64,000 nt of DNA from Octopus vulgaris (Eukaryota), in contig OX597825.1 of NCBI GenBank assembly GCA_951406725.2, positions 59,396,001 through 59,460,000 on the forward strand, in the 5' to 3' direction. The position numbers were made by a program, and so were the translations under genes. Below, piece after piece: positions 27,985 through 40,126 of the stretch; the first letter of the stretch is position 1, and the number at the start of each line of letters is the position of its first letter. The notes beneath the pieces are model-generated. The model had not been told where the DNA came from. It made no database searches and saw only the letters and a program-made list of their open reading frames with translations.

Positions 27985-28402
27985 GAATTTCAGTACTTGA
28001 GGAGACCTATTGAGTCAAGTACGTCAACACCAACTTCAAAATAAAAGTCAAATGGTAATTGTAGTTATGATACCCGTGCTGGTGACACCTAAAAAGCACC
28101 GTCCGAACATAGCAGATGCCAGCGCTACCTGACTGGCGTCTGTATCGGTGACACGTAAAAGCACCAACCGATCATGGCTGTTTGCCAGCCTCCCCTGGTC
28201 CCTGTGCTGGTGGCACGTAAGAAGCACCCAGCACACTCTGCAAAGTGGTTGGCGTTAAGAAGGGCATCCAGCTGTAGAACACTGCCAGATCAGACTGGAG
28301 CCTGGTGCAGCCTCCTGGCCTCCCAGACCCCTGTCGAACCGTCCAACACATACTAGCATGGAAAACGGATGTTAAACGATGATGATGAGGATGATGATGA
28401 TG
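27985..28402 (+). mobile_element. SINE family D with (GAT)n tail
   Basis: GTGGTTGGCGTTAAGAAGGGCATCCAGCTGTAGAA...GCATGGAAAACGGATGTTAAACGATGATGATG. Further copies at about 26215-26402, 37870-38087, 38100-38340(-), 40290-40560 and 42663-42850(-). Confidence 0.75.
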
Positions 28403-29936
28403 AACTACTGTCATGGTGTTTGGAACATAAATGAACATGGGAAATTTTGATGGAAGGTTTCAATTTAGATCACTTCAAGACAGGAAGTTTGTGTCAAAGG
28501 ACCATGGGCAGCCTCAGGTAGGTTGGCATCAAAGGATTGGTCCTCTTGTTTCCATATTTCTATTGAAATACTCTGCCTTTGTTTTTAAGTTAATTTTTGA
28601 AAATAATGAAAAATTTAGTAAAATAACTTTGTCATTAGTAATCTGGTGTTTGGAACAAAACATAGAAAATTTTGATGGAATGGTTTAATTTAGATCATTT
28701 TAAACCAGGAACCAAGGGCAATTTCATGCAGGGTGGTATCAAAGGGGTTAAACTCTATTGTTGGCACCTTAATTGTTTCAGTCTGTAGAGAATTACAGCA
28801 TAGTGTAAGAACAGACAACTCTATGTACCTATGAACCATGTTGTTTTAACCGTTTCACATGCCACATCTGATCACAACACATATATCTAATGGCCACATT
28901 ATTCCGATACACAACAACTGTTCAAGCATTGGTGCCTGTCTTCATTATGTTAGCCCTTTAGCATTCAGATTATCCTGTTGAATGTAGTGCTTATTTAATC
29001 CCATTGTTTTGAATTAATCAAGAATTGTCTCATACGCTTTGAGGTTTTGATAATGAAATTGTTTACTTTTAGTATGACATTGGAGGGTAACTGTGAGAGA
29101 CTGTATTTGGTCAGTTTGAAAATGAAACAAATAGAGTATTTAGCTGATGAATTAGTTTCAAGGAAGAGAACACCCATTTAGAGTAGTAATTAAAAAAAGT
29201 CTAGTAGTCATTGTGGTTGTTTTAGTATTGTTAGGTATTGAATAATATTGAGTCTGTCATTAACTGAAATAAATTGAACCAAGTTCAAGCCATGCTTTTC
29301 AATAGCTTTGCCACCTATAATAACATTGTTGTAAGCATGAATTCATTTGATATCATTGCTGGCAGTTATACCATTTGTAATACTATGGAGTTGATAAAAT
29401 AATTACCAGTCCAGTACTGAAGGTTGATGTAACCATTTCTGCCTTCTCCATTAAGAAACTGCTATGAAGGATTATTTTAAGGCAGTGAGCTGACAGAATT
29501 GTTAGCATGTCAGACAAAATACTTAGCTGTATTTTTGCTGGTTCTTTATGTTCTGAGTTCAAATCCTTTTCATCTTCAAGGGAGTCAATAAAACAATGTA
29601 CCACTCAAATACTGGGGTTCAATGTAATTGACTAACTTAATACCCACCCCCTAAAATTGCTGGCCTTGTGCCAAAATTATTGAACTGACAGAATCATTAA
29701 CATGAAAACAAAGTGTTTAGCAGAATTTCTTCTGTTTTTTTACATTCTAAGTTCAAATCTACTGAGTTCACTTTTGCCTTTTCTCTTTTTGTGGATCAGT
29801 AAAATAAGTACCGGTCAAGCATTGGAGTTGTTTTAATTGACTTAACCACTTCCCTTAAAAGACTGCTGGCCTAGTACCAAAATTTTAAAATTATTATTAT
29901 TGCTGTTATTAAGTGTTATTATTTTGATAATTTCAG

Positions 29937-29984
29937 GATTCAGATGAGGAAGAAGTGGTTACAAAGAAAAAAATGAAATTCTCG
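29937..29984 (+). CDS. PRCC: PRCC coding exon 3 (48 nt; absent from the ORF track)
   Basis: TTTCAG|GAT...TCG|GTGAGT encodes DSDEEEVVTKKKMKFS, matching the PRCC DSD.EE...KKK motif; phase 0/0. Confidence 0.88.
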
Positions 29985-31229
29985 GTGAGTTTTATTTATT
30001 TGCTTACTTAATAGTCATCTCAAAATCAATTACATTCAATTTACTATTAATCTGTTATAAGTGACACAAGCAGGATTAGTTCAAAATATGTAATCCACTA
30101 ATGACTGGTGGATTACACACACAACATATTGGATATGAACTAGTTTAATGAACTTTTATGTTTTTCTTTTACTTGTTTATCATTGGAATACGGCATACTG
30201 GCCAACTGTTCAAAATGTTATTCTGTATATATTAAGGTTGATGTATATCCATGGGGAGACCCCCTTTGGTCATGAATGACCATGGGATTGCACCTAGAAA
30301 GTCACCCTCTAAGGTACAAGTCCGGGCAAGGTTGTTTGTGGAAGGCCAGCAGTCGCTCATGCATACTGGCCTCCCTTCTCCACACCACTAATGTTATCCG
30401 AGGGAAAGGCGAAGGCCGATACAGCTTGGTACCCGTGATGTTGCAACTCATTTCTGCAGCTGAGTTAACTGGAGCAACGTGAAATAAAGTGTCTTGCTCA
30501 AGAACACAACACGCAGCATGGTCCGGGAATCAAACTCACAACCTCACGATCATAAGCTCGATGCTCTAACCACTGAGCCATGTGCCTTTACTTCTGTATA
30601 TCCATGTTAACTTATATATACAGAATGCTATCTTGAACGAATGCTGTTTCTGTCATTAAAAAAGAATTTTGTAGATGGAAACTGTGCAGAAACTCATCGC
30701 GCACACACACACACACATACATGCATGTGTGTAAGTATGTTTGTGCTTCCTCATTTTGACATAGCATAATAGTTGTCAGGCTCTTAGAGGTGGTCTCCTT
30801 CATAAAACATGTCTGGTCATTGGGAAATATTGAATTGCATAGAAACAACGAAGGACATCTGTCTGGCTATAGAGAATCTGTCTTAATGAATTTTGCCTGA
30901 CCCATGCAAGTATGGAAAAGTGGACATTGAAACAGTAATGATGATGATGGTGAAGGTAAATATACATATACGTTGGAAAGGCGGTGAGCTGGCAGAATCA
31001 TTAGCAAGCCGGGCGAAATGCTTAGCGGTATTTCGTCTGCTGTTATGTTCTGAGTTCAAATTCCACCGAGGTCGACTTTGCCTTTCATCCTTTCGGGATT
31101 GATAAATTAAGTACCAGTCATGCACTGGGGTTGATGTAATCGACTTAATCCTTTTGTCTGTCCTTGTTTGTCTCCTCTGTGTGTAGCCCCTTGTGAGCAA
31201 TAAAGAAATAGGTAAATATACATATATGA

Positions 31230-31550
31230 TGGATTCTCTCATTGTGAACAACAGATGAGGTGTCTCTTGAGGTCTGCCGGTGCCTTGCAAAACTTTTGGC
31301 AAATGGAATAAGTTGAAGACTCAGTTTGCTTGAGTGCTTGTGGATCATTTACTACACTGAGTGGATGGCAAGGCTTGCTTTGTTCTGTGTCATGAAACCA
31401 CAATAGCAGGTAAGGTTTTCATCTGGAGGAATGATATTTGGCCAGCATACCTTCATACATGCACAAAGTTGGTTCTGATGTTGGAGTTGACTTTGCTCAA
31501 ATCTTTGAACTGTGGGGCAGCAGGATGGGCAGCAGGTCTTGCATTCTGAT
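31230..31550 (-). mobile_element. Probable LINE 3' fragment with C2H2-like tail (RTE-type)
   Basis: The minus frame reads ...LTCYCGFMTQNKASLAIH..., a C-x-C-G...L..H pattern like RTE ORF2 C-termini; degraded. Confidence 0.35.
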
Positions 31551-32381
31551 GTTTCATTTTCCAAGGAAGAAAAGAGAATGTATGAATGACTACATGCATG
31601 CGTAAATACATACATTCGTACATACGAACATACAAACACATGCACACACACATACACACACACTCTCACTCACTTACTCACTCACTTTTGAAAAAGCCAA
31701 AGTAAAATTCACTTTGATTGGAGATGCACGGGATTGAACCCAAGGTCTTTTGTGTGTGGAAGGCCTTGGATTTGAGCCTCAACATCTCCATTGACCTTGG
31801 CGGAATTTGAACTCAGAACTGCTAAGCATTTCGCCCGGCATGCTAACATTTCTGCCAGCTCGCCTGATTTGGTGTGGTTTCTATGGCTGGATGTCCTTCC
31901 TAATGTCAACCACTCTGAGAGTGTAATGGTTGCTTTTACATGCCACTAGCATGGGTGCCATTTGTGTGACACCAGCATCTGCCATGACTGGCTTGATGGG
32001 TTTACTCAAGTACGACATAATGCCAAAGGTTTTGGTCATTCGTCATTGCCGCCATTGAAAGAAGCTTTTCACATGCCACCAGCATTAGCCACTTTGCCTC
32101 CATGAAGCCCAATGCTTGAAAGGTGCTTTTTTTGTACCACCAGCACAGGTGCCAGTTACATGACACCAGCATCAGCCATGACTATGATCTCACTTGGCTT
32201 GATGGGTCTTCTCAAGCACAGCACATTACCAAAGGCTCTTTGTCACTAGTCATTGCCTCTGTGAGGCCCAAAGTCTGAAGATCATACTTCACCACATCAT
32301 CCCTTGTCTTCCTGGATCCACCTCTACCACAGGTTCCCTCCACAGTTAGAGATCAGCACTTCTTTACACAGCTGTCCTCAT

Positions 32382-32422
<41 letters not shown>

Positions 32423-32685
32423 AATGTGGGGGCGTGTGGCTTAGTGGTTAGGGTGTTAGCATTATGATTGTAAGATTGTGGTTTCAATTCCTGGACTGGC
32501 CGATGCCTTGTGTTCTTGAGCAAAACACTTCATTTCATGTTGCTCCAGTCCACTCAGCTGGCAAAAATGAGTAACGCTGCGATGGACTGGCACCTCATCC
32601 AGCTGGGGGACACACATGCGATAGAAATCGGGAAACTGGGCCCATGAGCCTGGCTAGGCTTTAAAAGGGTGCATTTATTTATTTA

Positions 32686-34326
32686 TCTCTTATTATAAAA
32701 GGCAGATTTTATCTGCCTCCCTTTGTAACTTATAGAAATCTACAATATAGGATTTCTTCAATTACAATTTACCTAGCATTTTTAAAAGTAGAATGCATCG
32801 GGTCATATCAGGTCCAGTTTTTAAAATTTAAACTCCAATTAAGCAAAATTTACAGAAAACTCACATTCAGGTGTGTATGTCAAATGCTTTTCTTAATGTG
32901 GTTTACACCACACGCACACGCACACACACATTGTGCAACGAATAAAATGAAAGTAAATAGCGACAGAGTGATTTGAGGAAGACTAAACTGAAAGTATTTA
33001 AACCACTACTCAAAAAATAAAAAAACACAGCAAACAGAAACAAATAAATACATAACGATTTACTCCTCACACAATTTCTTCAATTAGAGTTTACCTAAGA
33101 TTTTTCAAAGTACTTCATTCGGTCATGCCATAATATATTTCTTTCAATTTCACCCCCAATTAAGACAAAATTCGAGAAAACTCAATATTTTAACATTTCA
33201 CTCCGAAAGCATTGATGTACATGTGTGCGTGCGTGTGTGTGTGTGTGTGTGTGTTTGATGGGTTGTGCGACACAGAAAGTGTGGTGTGTAAGTGAAGTGC
33301 TTTTGTTAGTGTGTGTAAAGAGACAGACAGAGTGAAAGACAGAAATAACTGAACTTTTTTTATTCACTTTTTGTAGTGAGTGACTGAGAGAGAAAAGAGA
33401 GAGAGAGGTTATGTATGTATATATGTATGTATGGCTTCAGTGACACACACACACGAAAACACATACCTACGTACACCTAAAGCACGCACACACACACACA
33501 CAAGCGGAGCGCGAACTTCAAAATTTTGGTAGTATTAATTTGCGAGCGTACTTCTAAGTGCACGTAATTGAAAGTTTTCACTATGATATCATCACGTGCG
33601 AAAAAATTCGAAGGGTTTTGAACAATTGAGATACACATGTCACGCCTGTATTGAAACCATTGCTAAGCTGCCGTAATTGCTTAATTAAGACTTTGTTTAA
33701 ATTGAAAGGGGCAAATATGTGACGAGGTTGAAAAAAAATACCCCAGAAAAAAAAATGTACTGCTGGTATTTTGCTACAATGTCATGAAAAAGAAAAAATT
33801 TAGGTATGTAAATCGAATTCGCCACCCCCTTATCCCCGTTCGCGTTTGTGTAAAAAAAATTATTATTTAAGTTTTAAAAATTATTTACTTTGTTCAAAAA
33901 ATATTAATATTAATTAATTTTCAAGAATTATTTAATTTTATTCTGTAAAATAGTAATTAATTCATTTATCTGTAAATCCGCGAGGTTGTTACTCAGGCAC
34001 CTAGAATGGTAACCTTCAACTAACACTATCTCCTCCGAGACCCTGCGGCGCAAGTTGACCAAAATTGAGAGTATGGTAGAAGAAGGGTTGCTCTTCCTTC
34101 CGTAGAACATAAAATTCAAATCGGACCATGTTAACACCAAAAATTATTTACATCAAAAAGATGCTTTTTTCTATGAAAATCCCTATTTTTTACGATTTTT
34201 TTCACTGCTGTGTCGCCACTTTTCGGTGTATTTCGACCAGAAAAATGTTCACAAAATTTTTACTTTTCAAAATTACAATTCCAGCGGGTCGAAACAAACC
34301 CGAGCAACGCCGGGCGATACTGCTAG
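32686..34326 (+). mobile_element. Non-autonomous Helitron (~1.64 kb) in PRCC intron 3
   Basis: 5' end A|TCTCTTATTATAAAA; 3' end AAACCCGAGCAACGCCGGGCGATACTGCTAG|T, almost identical to the 19.9-kb copies. The interior appears CpG-richer than the surrounding intron. Confidence 0.8.
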
Positions 34327-34339
34327 TTATATATATAAA

Positions 34340-34550
34340 TGGAAGATGGACAAGCAAAGCAGTTGACATTACTTGAGGATATTTACTTCATCATAAAGAG
34401 TATAAATAAAGCATGAAACAATTATGGTAGATAAATAAAGTCTCATACAGCTGTTTCTGGAATACCTGATCAAGTGGATCATGTTAACATGTAACAAATT
34501 CACATAATACAAGTATCTCATCATTGGAGAGATGGAGGTAAAACAGTAAA
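34340..34550 (-). mobile_element. Penelope-like pLTR remnant with degenerate HHR motif
   Basis: The minus strand reads (A)TGATGA-GATAC...GTATTCCA-GAAACAGCTGTA, with palindromic stem III ACAGCTGT and a GTA triplet. TA-rich flanks. Confidence 0.5.
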
Positions 34551-34552
34551 AC

Positions 34553-34606
<54 letters not shown>

Positions 34607-34826
34607 ATTTCATCATCATCATCATCATCATCATTTAATGTCTATGTCCCTTGTTTTCCTGAGCTGGATGTTTTGATAAGATCTTGTCAAATTAATATAT
34701 CCAAAACTATATGCTAACACAACATTATCTATATCATTATTCTATATTTTCTTGAAGATTCTTTTTATATGATTTCTGTGATTTCCATTTCTTAATTATT
34801 TGATTATTTCTCTCTTGTTTTTAAAG

Positions 34827-35276
34827 GGCAAAAGCCGTTTGTTGGACATCCTTCCTCCTCCAAGACACATTTCTGTGAAACAAAGCAACCGGACGTTTAT
34901 ACCCTACACCCTAAACAAAAGACCTGAAGCGGCAGAAAGTGCAACAAAGAAACCACCATCGAGTTCCATACCCAAGAAGCCAGCAGTTAAGAAAACCATC
35001 CTTGGTGTGACTGGTTATAACAGCGATGATGATGATGATGATGATGACAGCAGTTCAAATTTTTTCTCTCTGGACTCAAAACCCCAAATACCCCGACAGA
35101 CAGATGGATCATTCACCCAACCCTCAGCCACCATTTCTTCTACCATCACTTCTACTTTCCATTCCCTTTCTTCCATTCCTTCAGTTCCATGGCAACAAAC
35201 TACAGTGTCTCCACTTGTGCCATCTGCCACCGATGTCATGCAAAAGGATTATGCAGAATATTATGTGCAGCCTGAA
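34827..35276 (+). CDS. PRCC: PRCC coding exon 4
   Basis: TTTTAAAG|GGC; GKSRLLDILPPP...FIPYTL...DDDDDDDDSSSNFFSLD...YVQPE; donor GAA|GTAAGT; 450 nt, phase 0/0. Confidence 0.9.
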
Positions 35277-35424
35277 GTAAGTAGCTTTATTTCGACTTTA
35301 ATTCTGCTGTAGTTCTTCATAGTTATGTGTTTTGTATTGTTTGGAATCACTATGGACAGCAGGCTTAGGCATGGGCACATGATAAAGAAGTTTGCTTCTC
35401 AGATACGTGGTCTTGGGTTCAGTC

Positions 35425-36599
35425 CCTATGCATGCATGGAGCCATTCAAGAATTTGGATCTGGAGATCTCCATTTCCAGCGACTTCGAGGGCCACCTCCC
35501 AGTGGTGTCGGGCGTCAACGAAGAGCCCTTGATTACAACAAGACGGCCAAAGTTGTTTTTTTCCACGATCTGGGGTCTCCCACCCTTAAGCCCTAGACCA
35601 TCAACTAATCACCCTTACCCATCTTGTTGCTTAACAAATGTCTTGTTCTAAAGCCTTGGGCCAGCTAAAGCCTTGTCTGAGTGAATTTAGTAGATAGGAA
35701 CTGAAAGATGCCCAAACACACCACTTTGCTCTTTCTCTCTCTCTCCCCTCTCTCTCTCACACACTATCATCAACATAATCATCATCAAAGTGGAAGTTAA
35801 ATGATGATGGTGATGATATATGTATATCTGTCCCTTTCTCTCTCTCTCTATACATATGTGAGCAAAATTGTGAGTTTTAATAAAACCTTATGGCAATGCA
35901 AGTGAGAAATAAAAACAGATTAAAGATGATTGTGACAATAAATAACGGAGAAAGATACAGAAATGTCTAAAATTCCAATTTTAATATTTCAGTATTTCAG
36001 GACATAAAAAATTGTAGTGTGAGAAGAGTTCTCTGAATTAGTTGATAACCAGATTGTGCTGATTATGAACTGACTTGGAAGTCTCTTCTTATATAACCTG
36101 AAGAAGAAATTTCTTATCCCAAAATGTTGGAGTATTAAAAGAAGAATTACTACATCTTTGTGTGTTACTTATTGGTAACACCATATCTTATTCCATATTG
36201 TTTCTCTCTTGCATTGCCATGTGGTTTTATTAAACTCACCATTTTGCTTGTGATGCTTCAAATGAATTTTCAAACAAATATGCATGTGTGTGTGTGTGTC
36301 AATGCATACACACACACACATATATATACACATGTCATCATCATCATCATTTAATGTCTGGTCTTCCACGCATGCAGTTGTTGTTGTTGTTAAGCAACAA
36401 GATGGGTAAGGGTGATTAGTTGATGGTCTAGGGCTTAAGGGTGGGAGACCCCAGACCGTGGAAAAAAACAACTTTGGCCATCTTGTTGTAATCAAGGGCT
36501 CTTCGTTGACGCCCGACACCACTGGGAGGTGGCCCTCGAAGTCGCTGGAAATGGAGATCTCCAGATCCAAATTCTTGAATGGCTCCATGCATGCATAGG
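35425..36599. repeat. 213-bp near-perfect inverted repeat (35425-35637 / 36387-36599) in PRCC intron 4
   Basis: The arms differ at only 2 positions by eye. The right copy has an (AAC)n tail and a TGCATGC(A/G)TGGA TSD. Confidence 0.92.
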
Positions 36600-36949
36600 T
36601 TGGATGGTTGACAAGAGCTGGCCAGGTAGAAAACTACACTAGGCTACTGTGTCCATTTTGACAGTTTTTTTGTGTGGCTGGATGCTCTTCTTGACACCAA
36701 CCATTCTGTATATTTGTTAAGTTGTATTCAACACATTCAAGTGCACTTGACTGTGAGAAGACCTATCACTGCAGTAATAGTCCTGAGAGAGAATCTCATC
36801 TTCAGCATGTGTTAAAACATAGGATGGGCTGTAAATGATGTTGTTGGCTCATAGGATATTTCTGTGTCATTTCACTTCATCATCTGCAAACACCAAATCT
36901 GTCACTCATGGCCTGATAAGAACAGAATTATTCTTATCAAAACACATGC

Positions 36950-37435
36950 CAATACAGTTCTATATTTAAGGGACGAGAAATTATGTACCTTATTTACATT
37001 TGATGGATATTTGTCCTCATTTTGTTTGTTGTTAACACAATGTCTTGGCTGATATACCCTCCAGCCTTCATCAGGTGTGTTTTGGGGAAATTTCGAACCT
37101 GGGTTCTCATTCCTAAGGTATTTTTCAATGTTATTATTATTATTATTATTATTATTCAGGTCACTGCCTGGTATCGAACTTGGAATCTTCGGGTTAGTAG
37201 CTCGCGCTCTTAACCACTACGCCATAGGCCCATGGGCATATGGCGTAGCGGTTAATAATAATAAAAAATAATAATAACAATAATAATAACAACAACAACA
37301 TCGAAAAATACCTTAGGAATGAGAACCTAGGTTTGAAATTTCCCCAAGATACCTGATGAAGGCTGGAGGGTATATCAGCCAAAACGTGTTAACAACAAAC
37401 AAGATGAGGACAAATATCTGTTAAATGTAAATAAT
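36950..37435. mobile_element. Head-to-head fold-back of a tRNA-headed, HHR-containing element with an 11-bp TSD
   Basis: TSD AAAACACATGC at 36939-49 and 37436-46; centre CCCATGGG at about 37229-36. Each arm carries CTGATGAAGGCTGGAGGGTATATCAGCC. The left arm (minus strand) has tRNA A and B boxes. Confidence 0.85.
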
Positions 37436-37590
37436 AAAACACATGCTGTTTGTTTCTAAATTTAAAACAACATTACTCAGTTGTCTACCCCACTTCTATT
37501 GTAAGAAGGACTCTGCAGATTATGCATAGTGTCTCTTCTACTCATGCTTAAATATTCATGATTAATGGTTTTCACACATTTGTCTTGCAG

Positions 37591-37692
37591 GAATTAGTAC
37601 AGCCAGAGCAGGACAGTTTAGTAACTCCTGATGATGACACTGAGCTTGGAGGTCCATCTATGAACATTGACACACTTCTTCAGGACGAACAG
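37591..37692 (+). CDS. PRCC: PRCC coding exon 5 (absent from the ORF track)
   Basis: TCTTGCAG|GAA...CAG|GTAAGG; ELVQPEQDSLVTPDDDTELGGPSMNIDTLLQDEQ, which joins FQRLQGK (PRCC D..F.RLQGK motif). Confidence 0.88.
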
Positions 37693-38795
37693 GTAAGGTG
37701 GTGATTGTGATTGTGTTGCTCTTATAACAAACATATTTGTTAATGAAAATATAACACAAATGATTATGAAATGTCTTGCCATGTTTATTAGGATTTTATC
37801 CCTTTTGATCCCAGGTTCAAATTCCACCTGAAGCAATTTGGTCTCATTTTATTAATTCCTAGAGATTGTGGCAATTTGCCAGCCTCCTTTGGCCCCTGTA
37901 CCGGTGGCACGTAAAAAGCACCCACTACACTCATGGAGTGGTTGGCGTTAGGAAGGGTATCCAGCTGTAGAAACACTGCCAGATCAGACTGGAGCCTGGT
38001 GCAGCCTCCTGGCTTCCCAGACCCCGGTTGAACCGTCCAACCCATGCTAGCATGGAAAACGGACGTTAAACGATGATGATGATGATGAAACAAATCATTA
38101 TCATCCTCTTCACCATCAAACGTCTGTTTTCCATGCTATCATGGGTTGGAAAGTTTGACCGACACTGGCTAGCTGAAGAGCTACCTGTGCTTCATGTCTG
38201 TTTTGTCATGGTTTCTTCTGCTGGATTCCCTTCCTAATGCCAACCACTTTACAGAGTGTACTGGGTGCTTTTATGCAGCACCAGCATGGCTGCTTTTTTG
38301 CTTTTATATGGTAGAGGCACAGGTGCTTTTTATGTGGCACCAGCATCCACTAGCCCACAAGGTTAGGATCACCCAGCTTGGTGATGTAGAATACATACCA
38401 GTTATATACCATTACTACTGAAGCAGTCAGCTACATCTCTTTCTTTCAATAATTGACTTTCAATGTAATTAAGAAATCAATATTTGTATGATATTTAGTG
38501 AGTGGGTTGCAAAGTCTGTGAGATTATGCAGCAAACAGGCAGAACCATTAGCATGCTGGCCAAAATGCTCAGTGGCATTTTGTCTGTAATTATGTTCTGA
38601 GTTCAGATTGGCCACAGTGTTAGTGTTGAAACGTGTAAAAGAATAATATCTAAAAGGTCATCAGTTCAAATTCTGCTATAGACATACAACATAAATTTTT
38701 AAAAAAAAGTAATCTCATTCCTTGTGAGTGGAAAATGGTAAATGGAAACTTAGAACACATATATGTGTATGTGCTGCTGTCACCTCTGCCATAAC

Positions 38796-39859
38796 CAGTA
38801 GTGTAACTAGGTGGGGTAGGGTGGGGGTAGGGGCACGTACCCTCGGTGCTGATTGAAGTGGGCGTGCAGAATTGACTACTCGGTTCTGCACTCGGTTATC
38901 ACAAAATCTGTGATAACGAAACCAGAAAAACTCCTGGAATGCATTGTTCGATATGGAGATAATGTTTTTTTCTGAATTTGTGCATTGGCCTTCAGATACT
39001 TCCCACAATAACTGTATCAATTGCGATCGTTCGGCAAGTTGAAGTTAATCCTATCATATTTGCAGACATCAATGTTGCAGGACTGCATGCATGATCTTAC
39101 TCTTCTGAGCAGTGAAAGGGAAGAGACAGATGAAACTGATTTTGAAGATATAATCGCTCAATTTGCCTCATCAAAAGCAAGAAAGATGAGACTTTAAACA
39201 ATTCTGTTGTGTCTGGGGAGAGTATTTTCTTTTTGTGCCTTATAATTTAACACATTCACCGGTAAAATTTCCACTTATTCCTTAATTTTATTTTCCTAAA
39301 ATTTTTGTTGCGTCTTGCAACCTTTTCAATAGTCTTGACTCAGGACTATTTAAAAGATTGCAAGACGCAACGAAAATTTTAGGAAAATAAAATTAAGGAA
39401 TAAGTGGAAATTTCACCGGTGAGTGTGTTAAATTATAAGGTACAAAAAGAAAATGACTCTCCCCAGACACAACAGAATATGCTTCAACACACGAACTCAT
39501 ATAAAGAATCTTGCAAGCCAAATCCAGAAACGAAATTTAAACAATTGTATTTTTTTTATTATATCTCATTTCACACATTAGGTTCTTTAATGTTTCAATG
39601 GGGGGGATACTGGTGCATTAAAATGGTTAAAATAAGGAGGTTTTGTAGAAGTAAGCATTCAAAAAATATATTTTGAATTACAGGCTGTACCAAACCGGCA
39701 GGTAAATGAACCCTGGTAAAGTAATTATTCCTAAAATATTGCTTTAAAACATTAATTACTTATAACAAATAAGTACTATATAATATCGTGGATTTTGTAA
39801 GGTGGGGGGAACATTTTTGCGGCTTACCCCAGGAGCAGTGTACTCTAGCTGTACCACTG
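38796..39859 (+). mobile_element. Internally deleted hAT transposon (transposase dimerisation-domain remnant)
   Basis: TIRs CAGTAGTGTAACTAG / CTAGCTGTACCACTG and 8-bp TSD GCCATAAC/GTTATAAC. About 39030-39197 encodes SFGKLKLILSYLQTSMLQDCMHDLTLLSSERE...DFEDIIAQFASSKARKMRL*. Confidence 0.85.
39204..39535. mobile_element. Fold-back insertion (~135-bp inverted arms plus unique tail) nested in the hAT element
   Basis: Arms at about 39201-39338 and 39340-39478; TSD TTTAAACAATT at 39193-203 and 39536-46. Confidence 0.8.
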
Positions 39860-39925
39860 GTTATAACACCTTCTCTGCCACTGCCGTTGCTGTTACCATT
39901 CTCTATGATTGTTCTTCTTTTGTAG

Positions 39926-40126
39926 TTCCAACGCTTGCAGGGCAAGAATCAACGAGGCAAGGAACAAATTCAACTAATGAATGTCAATGCTGATGACTTC
40001 ATTGACAAATCGTTACTTACAAAGACACTCACTCAAGAAATGCCAAGACATTCTTACAAGAAAAATAAGGATGCCCCTAGCAAGAAATCTCGAAACAAAC
40101 ATCAGATCACATACCTTGCCTATCAG
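39926..40126 (+). CDS. PRCC: PRCC coding exon 6 (PRCC C-terminal domain)
   Basis: TTTTGTAG|TTC; FQRLQGKNQRGKEQIQLMNVNADD...TKTLTQE...SRNKHQITYLAYQ; donor CAG|GTAAGT. Confidence 0.95.

Noticed and set aside
35325-36588. Two ORFs sharing MEPFKNLDLEISISSDFEGHLPVV..., suggesting a duplicated small gene
   Set aside because: They are the two arms of the intronic inverted repeat; no recognisable protein.
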